Below the pieces are notes generated by a model, which was not told the origin of the DNA, ran no database searches, and was given only the letters and a program-made list of their open reading frames with translations. Below are positions 49,876 through 64,000 of a DNA stretch of 64,000 nt, one piece after another (position 1 is the stretch's first letter; each line of letters starts with the position of its first letter). The stretch is from Blasia pusilla (taxonomy: Eukaryota). The stretch is taken from NCBI GenBank assembly GCA_050084515.1, contig CM114271.1:17794001-17858000 (forward strand). The letters run 5' to 3'. The translations under genes and the position numbers were made by a program.

Positions 49876-52800
49876 TCAACCACCAAACTTCTCCAAGTCC
49901 CAAGTCAGAGTTCTCGAACAACTGTGACAACACACAACACTTAACCTCTTAATATGGATAGGAAAACACTCTAGCTTTAAAACTGAAGATGGAGTCTTTG
50001 CAGCCTTAGTCTAGAAACAGATACACGTCATTGAGAGAATCTTTAATCACACAACAAATCTTCATGCCAAAATTGAGCTTGCTCCACATACCTCCGGTCA
50101 GAATCCCGATACACCCCAACTAAAGCATCCGCTTTGTCATAAAAAGTGTCTTTCAAGGATATCACCACACTTTGAAACCCGATACCTTTCCCTGAACTGT
50201 CCTGTCCTTTGTACTCATCTCTGGATTTGGATCGGATATAGGCAGCAACTTTTGCAACATTCAGATTGTCTAAAGCTGCATCCACTTCGTCCAATACAAA
50301 AAAGGGTGATGGCCGATAGCTGCACATGGGCGTAGAATTAGTTCAAGATCATTTGATCAGACAGTAATGGACAACATCTTATGTGTACAACATCCCCGCA
50401 GTTCTATTCACTAAAAGCAATTTTAGAACACAGGCAAGCTGTAAAACGTTAAGGCATTGAAGACACTGATTCAAGTATCATCAGTCCAATCTACATGGAC
50501 CTTATACCTGTGGATGGCGAAGAGGAGAGCCAGGGCTGCCACTGTTTTCTCTCCTCCGGAAAGTTGCTCCATATCTCGAAACCTCTTTGTTGCAGGCATT
50601 GCACTATATTTAATACCATGTAAGAAAGGCTCATCCTCATTCTCCAGGCTCAAATATGCAGTCCCGCCAAGAGGATGGGTGGTGCTTTGGGTTAGCTGCT
50701 TGTAAATCTTATCAATGTTTGTCGAGATATAGTTGAAAGCATCCATGAACTTTGAATACCTGTGCACGCAAATGAATCAAAGGTGCATTTTCAGTTGTTG
50801 AGGTCCTCATGTCCAAACATTCACGACTTCGACAACCCACAATTCGAGCTAGTTAAGTTGAGAGAACACCATTTGGTGTGATAGCTTAGTTCACAGGGAA
50901 GAAGTCTGACAGAACTTTGTGACCCCAAGCTTAATATCCAAGGCTTGAGTGTGTAACAACAATACCCCTTGTAAGTCTTCAGAGATAACCAACAGCTCAA
51001 TTACTGCAATAATTGCTGCAAGTAGCCAAGATTTAATACCCAATGGACCTAGGCATTGATTTCTATTGTCTGTGTAATCATTTGTCATTCCTAGGACCTT
51101 CAATTCACGTTATTAACCAACATCTACGTGCAGGGGGCCCAAATCTCCAAGCAGGTGAACGGCCAATAATAAAACCTAGACACAGCTAATGTTAGTCCTC
51201 AGATTCAGTTGGATCTCAATATTTGCAATGAGCTGCTTTGACATTACCTTTAGCCCCATTCCATACATTTATGATTTGACAATCCCTAGACAACACTGGT
51301 ATTTAGGGTAATAAGAAACTACCTTCTCTGTTTTACAGTGTTATATCTGTCTGTTATATCTTTAGCCTCACGCCTTGCTCCTTCAAACTCCTCAATTGAC
51401 TCTCTTTCCTTTGCCCTAAGACTCTCATATTGATCCAACGCCTTCAAATTTGGTGCTGTCCTTTCAATTTCTGCTGAAATTGACTCTAATTTGCTCTTGA
51501 ACTCTGCTTCCAACTTCTCTTTCTCAGCAGGTCTTAAATCCTGCACAAGGAATTAGAAAAGAATAGAATTGAAATAAGTTCAAGGTCTATGAAGACCAGG
51601 AGACAGACAAAATCCACACAAAAAAAAAGCCAGAATGTATCTATGAACGGAATGGTGGAAAAACTATATTACTATAGTTTACAGTCAGGTGAGGAACTTT
51701 TCTTAACAGCACATATAAGACAAAAGTACCATTCAAAGGGTAACTGCCATCAAGTAACTAAGAACAAACCTGTTGATGTGAGCGACTCAGCTGTGAGTAG
51801 TCAAAGCGGATAATTGGCTGAGCGGAATCAATATCCATTGAATCTGAGTCCTGAGCTATTGGAAGCTTGATTTGATCAAGCTCGCAATTTTCCAAAATTT
51901 CTTGCCTTCTGGAATTAAATTGCTCTATTTGGGTTTCCTGAAGATCAATAAACAAATCCACTTGTTTAGTGAGAAGCAGAGCACCTCCAAGAGAAACTTC
52001 CAGGATGATATCATATCTGGTAATTCCGTGAAGAATCAGACAAGTCAACCATGTACCTTTGCAGTCATTTGCCTTTTAAGTTTCCCCAAATTGGTTGTCT
52101 CATTGCTACATCCCTTCTTCAATTCTTGTATGTGCTCCTCTATTTCATCAGCTTTAAGCTTGAATTCTGTGCGAGACAAAGAGAGCAAGGATAGGCCAAA
52201 ATGAATCATTTGCAGACATGTTAACCACACCAAAGATTTCCATGGCGTCTAAGCTCTTACTTAAATGAACATGGTTTCCATACAGACTCCATGGTCATAG
52301 ACATGTTAATCAAAGGAATACCATAACCAATCCTTCCACAATGATACTCTCTGAATGTATTCTAGTTTGGTACCAGCATCAGGATAAGTCACAATCCAAG
52401 AATATCTTTATAAGTTCAGCAAAGACCTTGTTGTTCTTTCTTCAACTCTTCAAGCTGTGCAGCGTTTATATCCATCGCTGCCTTTGCCTCTGATTCCATG
52501 TTCTGTACTCTCACAAGATCATCTTGGAGCCCCACTAATGCATCTGTAAGTTTTTTTAATGGCGCCTCTGTGTCACGCCGTTGTTCATACTCAAGTCTGC
52601 AATAGAAAATTTGCAATTAGCACGAGTCCACAAACTTACAAGCATGCAAGGTAGATTTTGTACTCTGCAACAGATGCCTTCAGAACAAAACATTGGCTAA
52701 TGCATTTCCAGAGATAAAGCTGATATCTTTTAACTGGAAATATAAAGCAGATGGAGGGAGCTGATAACTGGTTTTTTATCTTCGCAATTTGACTGTTTAG

Positions 52801-55800
52801 CCCCATGCGCCGCTCAGCAAGTTCTTGGGCAGCTCGTAACTGATTCTCTTCATATTCACGAATGTTGGCCACTCCGACAGACTCACTGAAACCCTTGTAG
52901 ATCCGATCTACGATCTCATTGATTCGCTTCTCAAGCTTTGTGATGGTCCTGCTTCTAGCGGCTATAACTTCCCGAAGCTGTAATTTCCAAAGAAGCAAAA
53001 TCTAAGGTAGTGTCTCCATTTGGATAGCAATTTGTTCTGAATCCAATACCAAAACTAATACAAGACATAACTTGCAAGTATAAAGCTTTACCCATTACTG
53101 TAGACTCATACCTGCTCAACATCAGGCTTGAGTCGATTTATCTGTTTTTCTATGTTCTCACGCTCCTGTGACAGCTTCTTGAGTTTTTGATCAATTTTTT
53201 TCTGAAGAGCAAATCAGACGATTCAAAACATATCCACAATTAGAAGGATTTCAATCAGACCCATTGTTGATCAAGGTTTCTGACACCAATTTCCAGAACT
53301 CCACCTGCGGAATCTTGCATCCACAACAAATTGTGTATTGTATACAATGAATCCCCAGTAGCTGCAGGAAGTGAAAGACAGAAACCAGCAGTCACAGTTT
53401 GAAACTTCATTACAACTGTGATCTTGGAAAATTGATTCCATCATTTGTTAATATTCTGATAAAGAAAACCTGGAAGAGAAGATTTGCATAAATCAAAAGT
53501 AATATGCTTTCTCACCTTCTCAATTTCATTATAGTCAATTTTCTTCTCACAGCCCGTAATACGCCCTGCAACCTCTGCCTCCTTGCTTTGCATTTCTCGG
53601 ATGGAACCCAACTCTGCCATCTCTGCTTCAAAGTTCTCTTTCTTCTTCTTAAGACCTGCCAATCAGAAGTGTCAGACCCTTCATCAAAAGTTCAGAATTA
53701 CTGACCCATAGTTACTTCAAGCTCACCGAGAAATGCTGACACAAAGAGCTCAGCATATAAGAAACATCATATGATGAGCATGCAATTCAAGAACTGAACC
53801 TAGCTAGTTCTACTAAACTGTAGTTCACATCATATGATGAACAAGCTCACCTTCAACAGCACGAGCATCCCACTTCTGCGACCGAGCTTCCATGCCTCCA
53901 CTGACACCACCAGTCATAGTTCCCGATTTGGCCAGTAAAATTCCATCCAAGGTGACCACTGGACAGTTCACGAATCCAAATCAGGAGAATGGTCGAGCCC
54001 ACAACTGTCTAAACCCATGTGCAGTGTTACCAGAAATTTAGATGCATGAGCTTCAATGGCAACTCAGATTATCTGAACTAAGAGAATCCCAGTTGGGAAG
54101 TCCAAATAAATACAATTCAAGAACAAGACCAGCTCTTGATTATATTCAAAACGCTTCTCCATAAAAACTGTGAAAAAATGCACAATAAAGCCAACCATGA
54201 TATGATATCCTTCCTGGGACTAGTCAGTGAGTACATACTTTTATGTCGTTCACGGCCCCAACTCAGAGCTTTTGCTTCATCCAGCCCATCACAGACTAAG
54301 GTGTTGCTTACTGCATAAACTAGGGCCTTTTCCAATGCTGGGTCAATCGTTGTCAAGTCAAGGAGAACTCACAAACACCAGAAGACCATACAAAGACACA
54401 CACAGACATGCTTTGGGTGGAGAGAAAGGCAACCACGTCAAATCCATCAAGATATAAGAGATAGGATTAGACAAGTTGGTGCCCTCAAAGGCAACCAACT
54501 CTACAGGGGTCTGTTCAAAAAGCACACATGCAATGGATATTGTATGACATCAAACACCAACTTAGCCGTTCCACCAAGTGTGCGGAACTTCTCCTGAACT
54601 GGTTTCACACGAACAGACTGCAAGGGTATAAAAGTCTGTGGCGGCAACCTGTTCTCCTTCAGATACTGTAATAGTCATACAAACACAGACAGGTTAACAC
54701 TGCATAACAATGCTTGCGAACAGCAGCAGCTGTGAATCTCAAACTGGTTTACTGACTATTCTCCCCACCCTCCATGAGCAGTTGGTGTCCACACTTGGAT
54801 CCAAGTTCACGACTACTTAAAAGCCCAGCGGACATCGGCCCATCCTGAGTACGTCAAAGTCCTCAGTCCTGGGGAGGGTAGACGATTAAGGTTGCTAGCG
54901 GCTTGTGCTGGAAGCCAATCAAAGATGAAAGGTCAAGTACAGTTGAACAACTACGTTTGAAAGGCACTTCATATCGCTCTGAAACCTGAACATGTGGGGC
55001 TTAGTGTTGAATTCCTTATTACCTTGATGCACTCCTTCCCTGTGTTGTCATCTTCAACAATTACCGCATCCATGAACTTTCCCATGGCAACAGTTACTGC
55101 AAGATTGTACTTCTTCTGAGTAGGTCTACACAAATCAGTCATTCGCCCATGTACACCCGGAAAGAGTCGCTTGAGACTTTGTACAGCTTCAGATACTTTG
55201 GCATCCCTTTCGCTTTCTCGTCTGTCTGCTTTAAGCTCTCGCAACTGGACCTCGAGCTCATCAACTTTGGCTTTCAAACTCTCGTAACGTGTTCTGTTTC
55301 ATTACAAGGCACGCAATCCATGGTTATTCATTCATCACTGCTATACATATCATGAATCAAATTTATGACTACTGACTTGACTTGTTCACCTTGGTCTCTC
55401 ACCTTGATTTGCGATGCTTGTCTTGTATTTGACTGAGCTCCCCTTGGGCTTGAGCAAGATCCGACTTGTTCTTGGTCATGGTCTCTAAAAGCCTACTCAT
55501 ACGACCATGAGCTTCACTTTCCTCACTCACAAGCTGCTCCTGCCTGTTGGTGAGCTGTTGTAAGTTTGCTTCAAGATTCTTCTGAGCTTCTTCATCTGCT
55601 TGTTGTTGACGGTCATGGACTTCTTTGTCCTGCTTAAGCTTCACAGTCCTTGCTCCTGCTTCCTCCTTTCTGCATACAATTCAGTGTCACTCACAGGAAT
55701 ACTTCCTACGAACATCTGTACACCCTCCTTTCATCCATAGATGTGGCTTATATTCAAGGAGCGTAGCCAATCAAAAAACGTTTACAAATCTGATTGTGCA

Positions 55801-58057
55801 AGTGCTGATATGCAGTGACTGATCGCCAGAAGCACTGGGTGCAAATTTGCAGTAGTTAGGGCGGAAAAAACAGCTCCGACATGTGCAGCCATCGAAGGAG
55901 AACTTTGTACAGAAATGCAAGCTTTTCTCTGAGCGTCTTGAGCGTCTTGAGCAAGAAACAGTTGCTCTGTTTATCAAGAGCTAGAGTGACACATATTACT
56001 GAACTCCAATTTCTGGATGAAGCAATCTCATCTTTCTACCATATATCTGCCCATGTACAGAGAAAATGGGGAATTCAGGTGCCTTCAGTTAGCTTACATT
56101 CTGTTGTACTCATTTAGTTGACTCTCTGCCAGATGCAATCGACTGCCTCCTTCCTTGTCTTGTTGGGCATTTAGCTCATCCATGGACGCTGTCACGTCTT
56201 CCAAATCTCTTTGCAACTTTGCAATCTCCTTTCCCTGTTTCTTCTGCTCTTCCTTCTTCTTCTCAAGATCTTTCTCACAATTTTTTATCTTCTGTTTGAT
56301 GCGTGTCATCTCCTCCTTCAACTTCAAAATCTCAGGATGCTACAGACATCCAGGCCACTTGATTAAAGGTGGGAAAATATTCTGGTGATGTCCAAGGCTG
56401 GAGAGCCTACAGGGGGAATGTCATGGCTTTACAAGAGAAAGAAGTTCTCATAATCAACAAACTGGAGACCATATTTTTCCATGAGACCCACAAAAATTTT
56501 GAAAGATACCTTCTTGTCTAGTTCTGATTTTTTCTTCGTCATCTTTTTCTCACAGAGAAGGGCGTCTTTGGTGTAGACAGCTTGCTCCTTCTTTTTCTCC
56601 TTAATTTCAGCTTCAAGCTTATCTTGTGCTCTTGTAAGCTCCTCAAGATTCGCACTGTCAACTTCGAGTTCTGCCTTGGTTGCCTCAATAGACTTCTCAG
56701 TGTTGTAGAGTTGCCAAAGGAAGTACTCAGTTTTCAGTGCTTTCTGCATGGTAATGATTCGAAGATTAATTATCGCCACCATTTGTCTTGAATCAAAGGA
56801 TACTATTATATCATTCATTTCCCTCCTGGCTCCATCTCCAGGGCTCTGAAGTTGAAGGGAATAAATTCTGCAAATAGAGTTCGGAATCCATGAGAATATG
56901 ATGGGTAGGCTTCAAATAGTCGGAGTTACAACTCCTTGTGTACCAGTGTCCCGGTTTTAAGTGCATTTTCATTGATATCCGACTTGAAGCCATCCATGTT
57001 CACAGTACAATCAATTAACTCGAAGTTTGACTCTCCATAATGACTGGCGCTTGGCTTTTTCCAACATCTGTGCAACTGCTGGACAACGTTCACGCAGCAT
57101 CAAAACACGCTCACCAGATCGCCTTGTAACCGTAGGTGCTTCTCAGCTTCTTCCTTTTGTTCCTTCTTCTGTTTTCTCTCCGCAGCCATAGTCCGCTTCT
57201 TTTGATACTTGCCGACTTGATTTTCTTCAGCCCGGGCTTTTTGCTCTTCCAACTCTTCGTATGCTTTCTTATCATCCTCAGAACCGGATATTTGTTCGAA
57301 AAGAGCGGTAAGCTCTTTAGGGTTCTTGGATGCAATTGACTCCACATCACCCTGTGCAGAATATGGATTAACTTTTGCAGGTCAGAACAAAGTACAAAAG
57401 CTTCACTAATCGAGGTAAAACAACTCTCTTACGCAGAAAGCTGCTTTAAATGAGATAATCAACACATTTTGTTCAGGACTTATGAGATTACAGACCAAGC
57501 ACGTCAATAAAGACACAAGTTGGTGAAATCTTAAGTCTGACGAAAATTTGAATGAGGCGAAGTTGAATTGCAGACGACTCCAACAAGTTCTCGACCATTG
57601 CAAGGTCGATAAGTCTTACTTGAAAAACAAGAAAGTTCCGCGCCTTAACCAAAATACCAAGAGATTTCATGGTTGCGTTATAGTCATCCCACGAGACTGT
57701 TTTGTTGTCGATTCTGTAATCACTCGTTCCGGAACTTGTAATAGTTCTCGTAAAGTGAAGCTCTTCCCTCTCCGCGGTCAAGTATACAAGCTTAACAAAG
57801 GCCTTCCTCCCCTTTTGTTCCCTCTCTCGATCATCAAATGCGTAGATCAAATCTTTTAGTTGGGCTCCTCTCAGCTGCATTGAACGAACCCCGAGCACGA
57901 AGCTGATAGCATCCATGAGGTTCGATTTTCCTGCTCCATTCGGACCGATGATTGCTGTAAAATTCCTGAACGGTCCAATCACTTGGTGTCCCTTGTAAGA
58001 CTTGAAATTTTCCAATTCAAGCCTGTCTATACTACCGCAAGAAACTACGTGCGGCAT
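49876..58057 (-). CDS. SMC1: Structural maintenance of chromosomes 1 (cohesin), 19 exons: 57620-58057, 57115-57351, 56510-56743, 56098-56339, 55403-55669, 55023-55293, 54541-54665, 54239-54348, 53851-53958, 53516-53655, 53112-53201, 52769-52977, 52427-52596, 52057-52166, 51770-51937, 51323-51540, 50508-50759, 50092-50319, 49876-49921
   Basis: LELENFKSY, Walker [30 protein letters not shown], coiled coils, hinge ([24 protein letters not shown]), signature LSGGEKT, Walker [22 protein letters not shown]-terminus [11 protein letters not shown]. Splice junctions read by eye and are in phase. Confidence 0.97.
54349..54540 (-). other. AT-AC (U12-type) intron in SMC1
   Basis: 5' end ATATCCATTG; U12-like branch site TCCTTGAC 8 nt before the end; terminal AC. 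Removal gives [14 protein letters not shown] in frame. Confidence 0.85.
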
Positions 58058-59099
58058 GTTTTCCTGCTGCTCGTAATCTTCTGCAAAGTATGGACGCGGA
58101 AGAAAATTTTGTGGTTCGGGTACACTCGTCGACGTGTGCAGTCACTTCCTTTCCCTCCGAACACAGTTTGCGCGTATCGTGAAGAAGAATTCGTCCAAGG
58201 CTCGTCTAGTCTCGTTCCGGTCTATAAAAAACAAACACGCATGTTACCTTCCTTGCGACTCCTGACAAGTGTAATAATGATTCGCTCGCTCCATTATTTT
58301 GCTCAATTTCACTCCAAGCTCTACTGACAGCTGAAATTCCCACGCTGCACGTCAAATTCCCAGGTGTTCCAAAGCTAAGGAAAATTCTAAAGAATGGAGA
58401 AAGGATACTCTATCCTCGCCTCTCACCCGAGGAGACAAGTACCAGCAAACGATGCCTCGTTATATTATTCGAGCGGCGAGTGGCGAAACGCTAGGGAAGC
58501 GTAGAAGTAAACTCCCAAGCCAGGCTCCCCTAGGACCTGCCTATCGAGCATTCCTCGGGAAGAACACGGCTTCCGAAGCCTGCACTTCATGAGGTTCTGG
58601 CCATGCTATGCTCCCTTCAACCTAAACTGCGCCACATGCAGACCGAGAAATCGCTGCTTGGTCCAAAACGCAACGAGAGCCTCCGACACATTTCGCATTG
58701 AAATCTTCCCGCGCGCTCCGACAATCGCACTGTATTCATTGTCTGTCGGTCGCTCACACAAATTGCCGAACTCGTTGCACGCGCGCCGACGCTCTGTTCT
58801 TTCCGGAGATCGATCCGCTTTGTGTTATGACTGCCATTTCGATCGTGAGGCGCTTCTGGGTGTCTACCACGTGTCGATCGCTTACGCATAAATAATTCAA
58901 TGTCAGCGTTTCGGTGTATTACCACCAGCTCGGAATTCCGCAAATGATTTCAACGAATTAAATTAAAATACAGAAAAGGTTAGGTTATGAAAAAAATCAA
59001 CGAAGTTTTCTTTTAAAAGGTAGTGGTGAGACGTGGGCATGAAAAATTTGGGATGCATTCTAATCCTATTGACTTCGTGATGGATATGGATGTGTCCCC

Positions 59100-62000
59100 T
59101 GGTCGTAGAGATGTGTGCGACTATGGGGGAGAGGTTTGATTCGTTTCTTATTGATTACGTGCATCATCTCCAATTGATAAATGAGTTGTCCTTAGGGTCT
59201 CTATAGATTTGCAACGTCCCCAAGCTAATGAGACGTCGATGCTAGAGGCCCTCTTAGTGGTATTCATATCTCCCAAAGCGTAACTAATATTATCTATGTT
59301 GTTGGGGAGTTTACCCAATAGGGGGGAGTCGAGCCGGATGTGCACTTCACCCACTAAACTCTTTGAGTCCCCCTCTTTAGTGCTTCCAATGGGTTCCTCC
59401 ATCATTCCTTTTTATTCACGCTTTCTATTTCCCTCTACGGAGCAGGGACGAGTCAAATTGATAATCATTATAGGTAAAAACTTAGGAACATATGGCAAAT
59501 TTGCGCTAGTTAAAAATGACAAGTGTCGATGTTTAAACATAAGATGGGTGTCTCTCTTGATAATATACATTCAACCGGAGTTTTTTGGAGGAGGAATCTA
59601 GTTTTTTCTATAAACTCTATTGTGTTATAAATTATGTGTCATATGGTCAAATACATAAAGAAGAAAAGTGGATGAGGAAAAAATTTGAGAAAAACACAAG
59701 AAAGGAACATCTTGTAGGTAATAAAAGTGTAGGAAGCTACTATGCTAACTAGACCTTAACTGACACCTTAATCCCCACTAGTCTTGCTTCTCATAATCCC
59801 TCCATCCATGACATGTGGCACGTTCCCTAGTAGTACTTGTTCCATGGGTACCCATCTTCACTGACAAACGATGTGCATGTGGTCCATAGCGAAAGTACCT
59901 TCAAGGATTTAACACAGATAACTCGTATCCTCACATGTTACCAATAAATTGGTATTTTTATGGACGGTCTTTACGAGAATACACTATTTTATTCCAAAGG
60001 AAAGTCTCTCGATGTCGTGCACCTACTCCTCTAGAACGTCAATCTTAGATGTTGCGGAAGCGTATGTTCAATAGGTCACACTCACTCTGCTGACCTGCAC
60101 CCAAACACACTCTCATCAGTCTTGGTTCGAATCAACTAGCCTTCCAACTCCCAAAGTTCTCAACTCAAGCCATTCATCAAACTCAACAGGTCCTAAGTCC
60201 TCACTTCCCGACACGAGAAAGTCTTCCAAGACTTGGGATAGACTTTCTGAATAGTCCTAAGCACCCTTGGAGACCCTCCCCCTTATATATACTCTTGGGG
60301 TTCTCCCACCTCCCCTTACCTTTGGGAAAGTACTCTCGAAGCCGCTCCTAAAACTCGAAGTGATTTCCCAATAATATCTTCGGAACTTCAATCTAGAGAT
60401 AAGTCATAAGTGCCATATCCAATATAATAAATATAGTTTGTTGATAAATAACTATTGGAGAAATAACCTTCACCAATTGCATTCTCTCTCCTTGACTTCA
60501 ATTGATTGGGAGGTCAACATCTTCTACACTAGTTTTAAAAAGATACTATGAAATTGAGGAAAACTTCTAAGTAGCAATCTAACTATAAAAGATGCAATAA
60601 GTTTTATTTAAGGCATATGTGATCAATAAGATGATCATAAGAAATTTTGTACGATTATAATGATATTAACTCTTATTAATCCAAGAATAATACAAAGGGA
60701 TCTAATTATGTAAATGTCCCTTAACATCCAAATAATTTCAATTCTCATTCTTCCTATCTAATAAATCCAAATTTGAACATAGGGTAAATCTCTTTTCTAA
60801 AACAAAACCATATAGATATATCCCATCACCTTTCCGTAGATACGTATCTTCAAGGTATGTTGTAATAACCATTTTAACTCTTAGAAGAGTGATTGGAATT
60901 GTATCCATGTGAGTAATTCAATGTTGTGAATCATCTTTTGTTATTGTAATTGATGGAATCTTCCATGGTTCTATTTTGTTGAATCCTTCTTTGTGAGTAG
61001 TCTTATGATTGACACTCTTGAATGAATTTACCAATCTTCACCATAGTTACTTGCGCTCTCTAGCTTGACTTGTTGGATGTCTACATGTTGCAAGCAAGTG
61101 AAGTCTTAGGTAGACTGCTTAGTTAGTTAGCTTGAGGAAGCTAATCTAGAGTTATCTAAGAACAAGAAGCTAAATGTTTCTAAGTATTATATGCAACAAC
61201 CTAACTTAAACCAATAGAGGAATTGCTGCTGAAGGTTTTGATCCTTTTGTTCTAGGAGGAATTGCTTATCTACCCAAAAAGAGATAAAATCCCACAGGCC
61301 TATAACGGAAATAAATATCGTTAATCCGAGTTAAACCAATAGAGGAAAGGGATCCATATCGTAGATTGATGTAAAGGGATAAGCTTCCTAAAAGACTTTA
61401 TATTACAAGTTTTGCATTGATGAGGGCATAAGTATCTCTAAAAAGGGGTGAGTGTCATAACCCTCAAAACCAAATGTGTGCCAACGCAAAATATCATAAC
61501 TCTAGTGGGCTCACGCTAGGATGGAAGCGTGTCGGAGTCTTACGAGTGAGATATGATTTCCAAAACAGAGACACGATCATTTATGGGCATCTCATATAAC
61601 TTGGGTCAAGACCTAGTAGAGTCAGATCCAATATCAACTGCAACTTGAGAAGATCTCAAGTCCCACAAAAGTTGGGCGTCAAGGGGATTGCAACCTTGTT
61701 TAGACCTTGACTAAATTTTTTGGGATTCCCCATGTTTTAGATCGAAGATGTGTTTGGGATGAATAAGATGACGTTTGAAAGCTTGTAAGAAGCTTGTGTG
61801 ACGAGAGATCTAGAAATCATCCCCAAACTATTAGAATGATAGTTTGGTTAAGGGTTATCCACAAGGTCGAAAAGGACTGGGGATCTTTAGAAGTATATAT
61901 AAGGGGAGGATCTCCAAATGGTGTTTGGAACTTGAACCCTAACTTGGAAACCATGAGGGGTGAACCAAAGGCATGGGATGGATTGAGAGGCTGGCCTAGG

Positions 62001-64000
62001 GGTTTTGAAAATGAACCAAATGCATCTGGATAAGTTATGGAAACTAACTTTAGACCTTAACGCATGACTCATATATTGAGTCCTAGTTTGAGACTCATTT
62101 GAGGTCTATTGGGCGATGGGGACCGCCCTGCACGCTAGCGCTGTTTTAGACCCCTAGACGATCAAGGAAGTTTGTCCTAAGTCTTGAATGACTTGTGTAT
62201 GTTGGGGAGTGAGCGATTAGGTGGGTATCTGACCCCGTCTAGATTTAGTGAGCTTGAAGGATGGCTCAAGACTAAGACTTGGGAGACACAAGGCTAGTTG
62301 ACCCAAATTATGGCTAATATGAGTGCGTTTGAATGCAAATCAATAAGGAAAGCCAACCTACTTAATGCAAGCGTCCGCGATACACAAGATTGGCATTCAA
62401 GGTAGTAGGTGCATGACATCCATGGACTTCTATCAAGAGATGGTAACTACTATAGTTGGCATGATGCATTGTTCTATGTATTAAGGAGCAATAGGAGGAG
62501 ATCTAGTTAAGTTGACTTTAAATAATTAAATAGCCCATTATTGTTGGTATTGAGTGGTTTGCATAATAACAATCAAGACCTATATTGGAGAGTCCTACCA
62601 TAGTGACTATGGAAACTTAGGAGTTTGAAATTGGGCTTAGGTTACCACAAGGAGAGTAGAGTTAAATACTTCAATTCTTGAAGAATCATATGAACTATTT
62701 TAAATTAAGTTTGCAAGATTTTGGTATATTGAAGGGCGCAGAGGTCCGCCTCGAGATGTTTGATGATATGTTGATCTTTAGACAACCCTAAATATACAAT
62801 GTGATGAAGAGGGCTCTAATTTAAAATAAGAGCCAAAACTTGGTTAAGAGAAGATTAGTAGAGATGTTTCATGGAGAGTATGCATTTGGTATAATCATGC
62901 CCCCCAATAAAGGATTTGCATGGAATCTTGAAGGATATGCAAATGTGTGGAGACTACCAACCCATCAGTTGATAGATAAAGTTCAATCTATATACGATGC
63001 CCAATCCTAATTAGATCTTCGATGCAATTGGGCATGCAAAGATATTGAGTTCCTTAGACCTTTGACCCAAATACCATCAATTGCCTATTAAAGTGGAGGA
63101 CAAGCAAAAGATGATAATTTTGGGTATTAATTCTCATGGGAAAGACTGCTCGTCAAAGTGGTGGTTCTTACCATTTGGGTTGAAGAACAAAGAATTATGG
63201 ATAAAATCATGGAAGGTTTGGATTTTACTAAGCGTTGCAATGACTAAACCCTAAAATCCCATCATTGCAACGCTTAGTGATATGGTTTAGGAGCATGGGC
63301 AACATCTTGCATATGTATTTTGACATTACAATTACATGTGTTGAAGTTACACCCATACAAGTGTTAGTTCTTATATGACTAGATCAAGTACACCTTGTAT
63401 GAGGGTGAGTACTCAACTATAGTGAGGATTACTGCATATTCTAAATGTTAGTTGTTTGGTAATCCCTCTATTCTTACCTTTGATTATCAACCGTTAAAGT
63501 AGTTGATGGAATCCAACAAGATTGTTATGAGGGCTCTATTTTTGTAGGAGTATGATTTCCAAGTGATTCATTGACCTAAGAGATTGATTGGGAAGTATAT
63601 GGGTTGAGTTGTAACTTAAGCGCGAGTCAATGAGATGTCAAAAGAGCTTGTTGGTATGATGAGCATGACGAGGGGATGATGACCACATAGAATGCACCAA
63701 CTAATTTGGGTTTGTTCACCATGGAGGGTCAAATTGCGTCAACTACCATAATAAGATCAAGTGGAGTGTCCTTAGATCTTGATGTCGGTGATGAGGTGGC
63801 AAAAATATCCAAAAGGATTAGATAATCTCGGAGCACCTACACACTATCCACATAGCATAACAAAGGCCACATTGAAGTGGTGGTCTACAAATTGTCTGAG
63901 CGGATTGAGCTCAACAGGAGTGGGGAGCATGCTGCCACCATAGGATTCTTACGAGTGTCAATGGGTCCATATGTGTCAATAGCCCCACATGTGCCCCAAT
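59100..64000. mobile_element. Cluster of highly degenerate LTR-retrotransposon (Ty3/gypsy-like) relics; boundaries approximate
   Basis: PPT AAAAGGGGTGAG followed by TGTCATAACC at 61453 (LTR start) and TATATATAAGGGG at ~61894. Decayed + strand RT-like peptide MPNP..IFDAIGHAKIL..LDL at ~62995-63062. No long ORFs. Confidence 0.55.

Noticed and set aside
58589..58943. Overlapping ~100-aa ORFs upstream of SMC1
   Set aside because: GC-rich promoter/5' UTR region; no coding signature.

Overview
Eukaryotic nuclear DNA from a land plant, most likely a non-seed plant (inference from the transposon types and gene sequences). It has spliceosomal introns and appears to carry some uncorrected 1-bp indels. 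Four host genes are supported. (1) The last five coding exons of a + strand gene (5363-17967) with an AsmA-like C-terminus, whose introns hold three Ty1/copia elements. Two of these are near-identical, tail-to-tail and half-tRNA-primed, and one of the two is nested in the LTR of the third. (2) CDC40/PRP17 (34576-36790, +), with a 7-nt last coding exon. (3) A ~880-aa, largely low-complexity protein (37907-40544, -) ending in a transmembrane helix plus a short tail ending -VLIPT, a plant KASH-type motif. (4) Cohesin SMC1 (49876-58057, -; 19 exons) with an AT-AC (U12-type) intron. Intergenic DNA is a nested stack of decayed elements: Ty3/gypsy relics (one with a PHD finger), an old copia, a 2.7-kb TIR transposon with a degenerate 8-bp TSD, a probable solo LTR, a mini-Helitron, and a decayed CRE-type non-LTR retrotransposon with a restriction-like endonuclease. 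No rRNA, tRNA or CRISPR array was seen. All family assignments come from motif recognition by eye, not from database searches.
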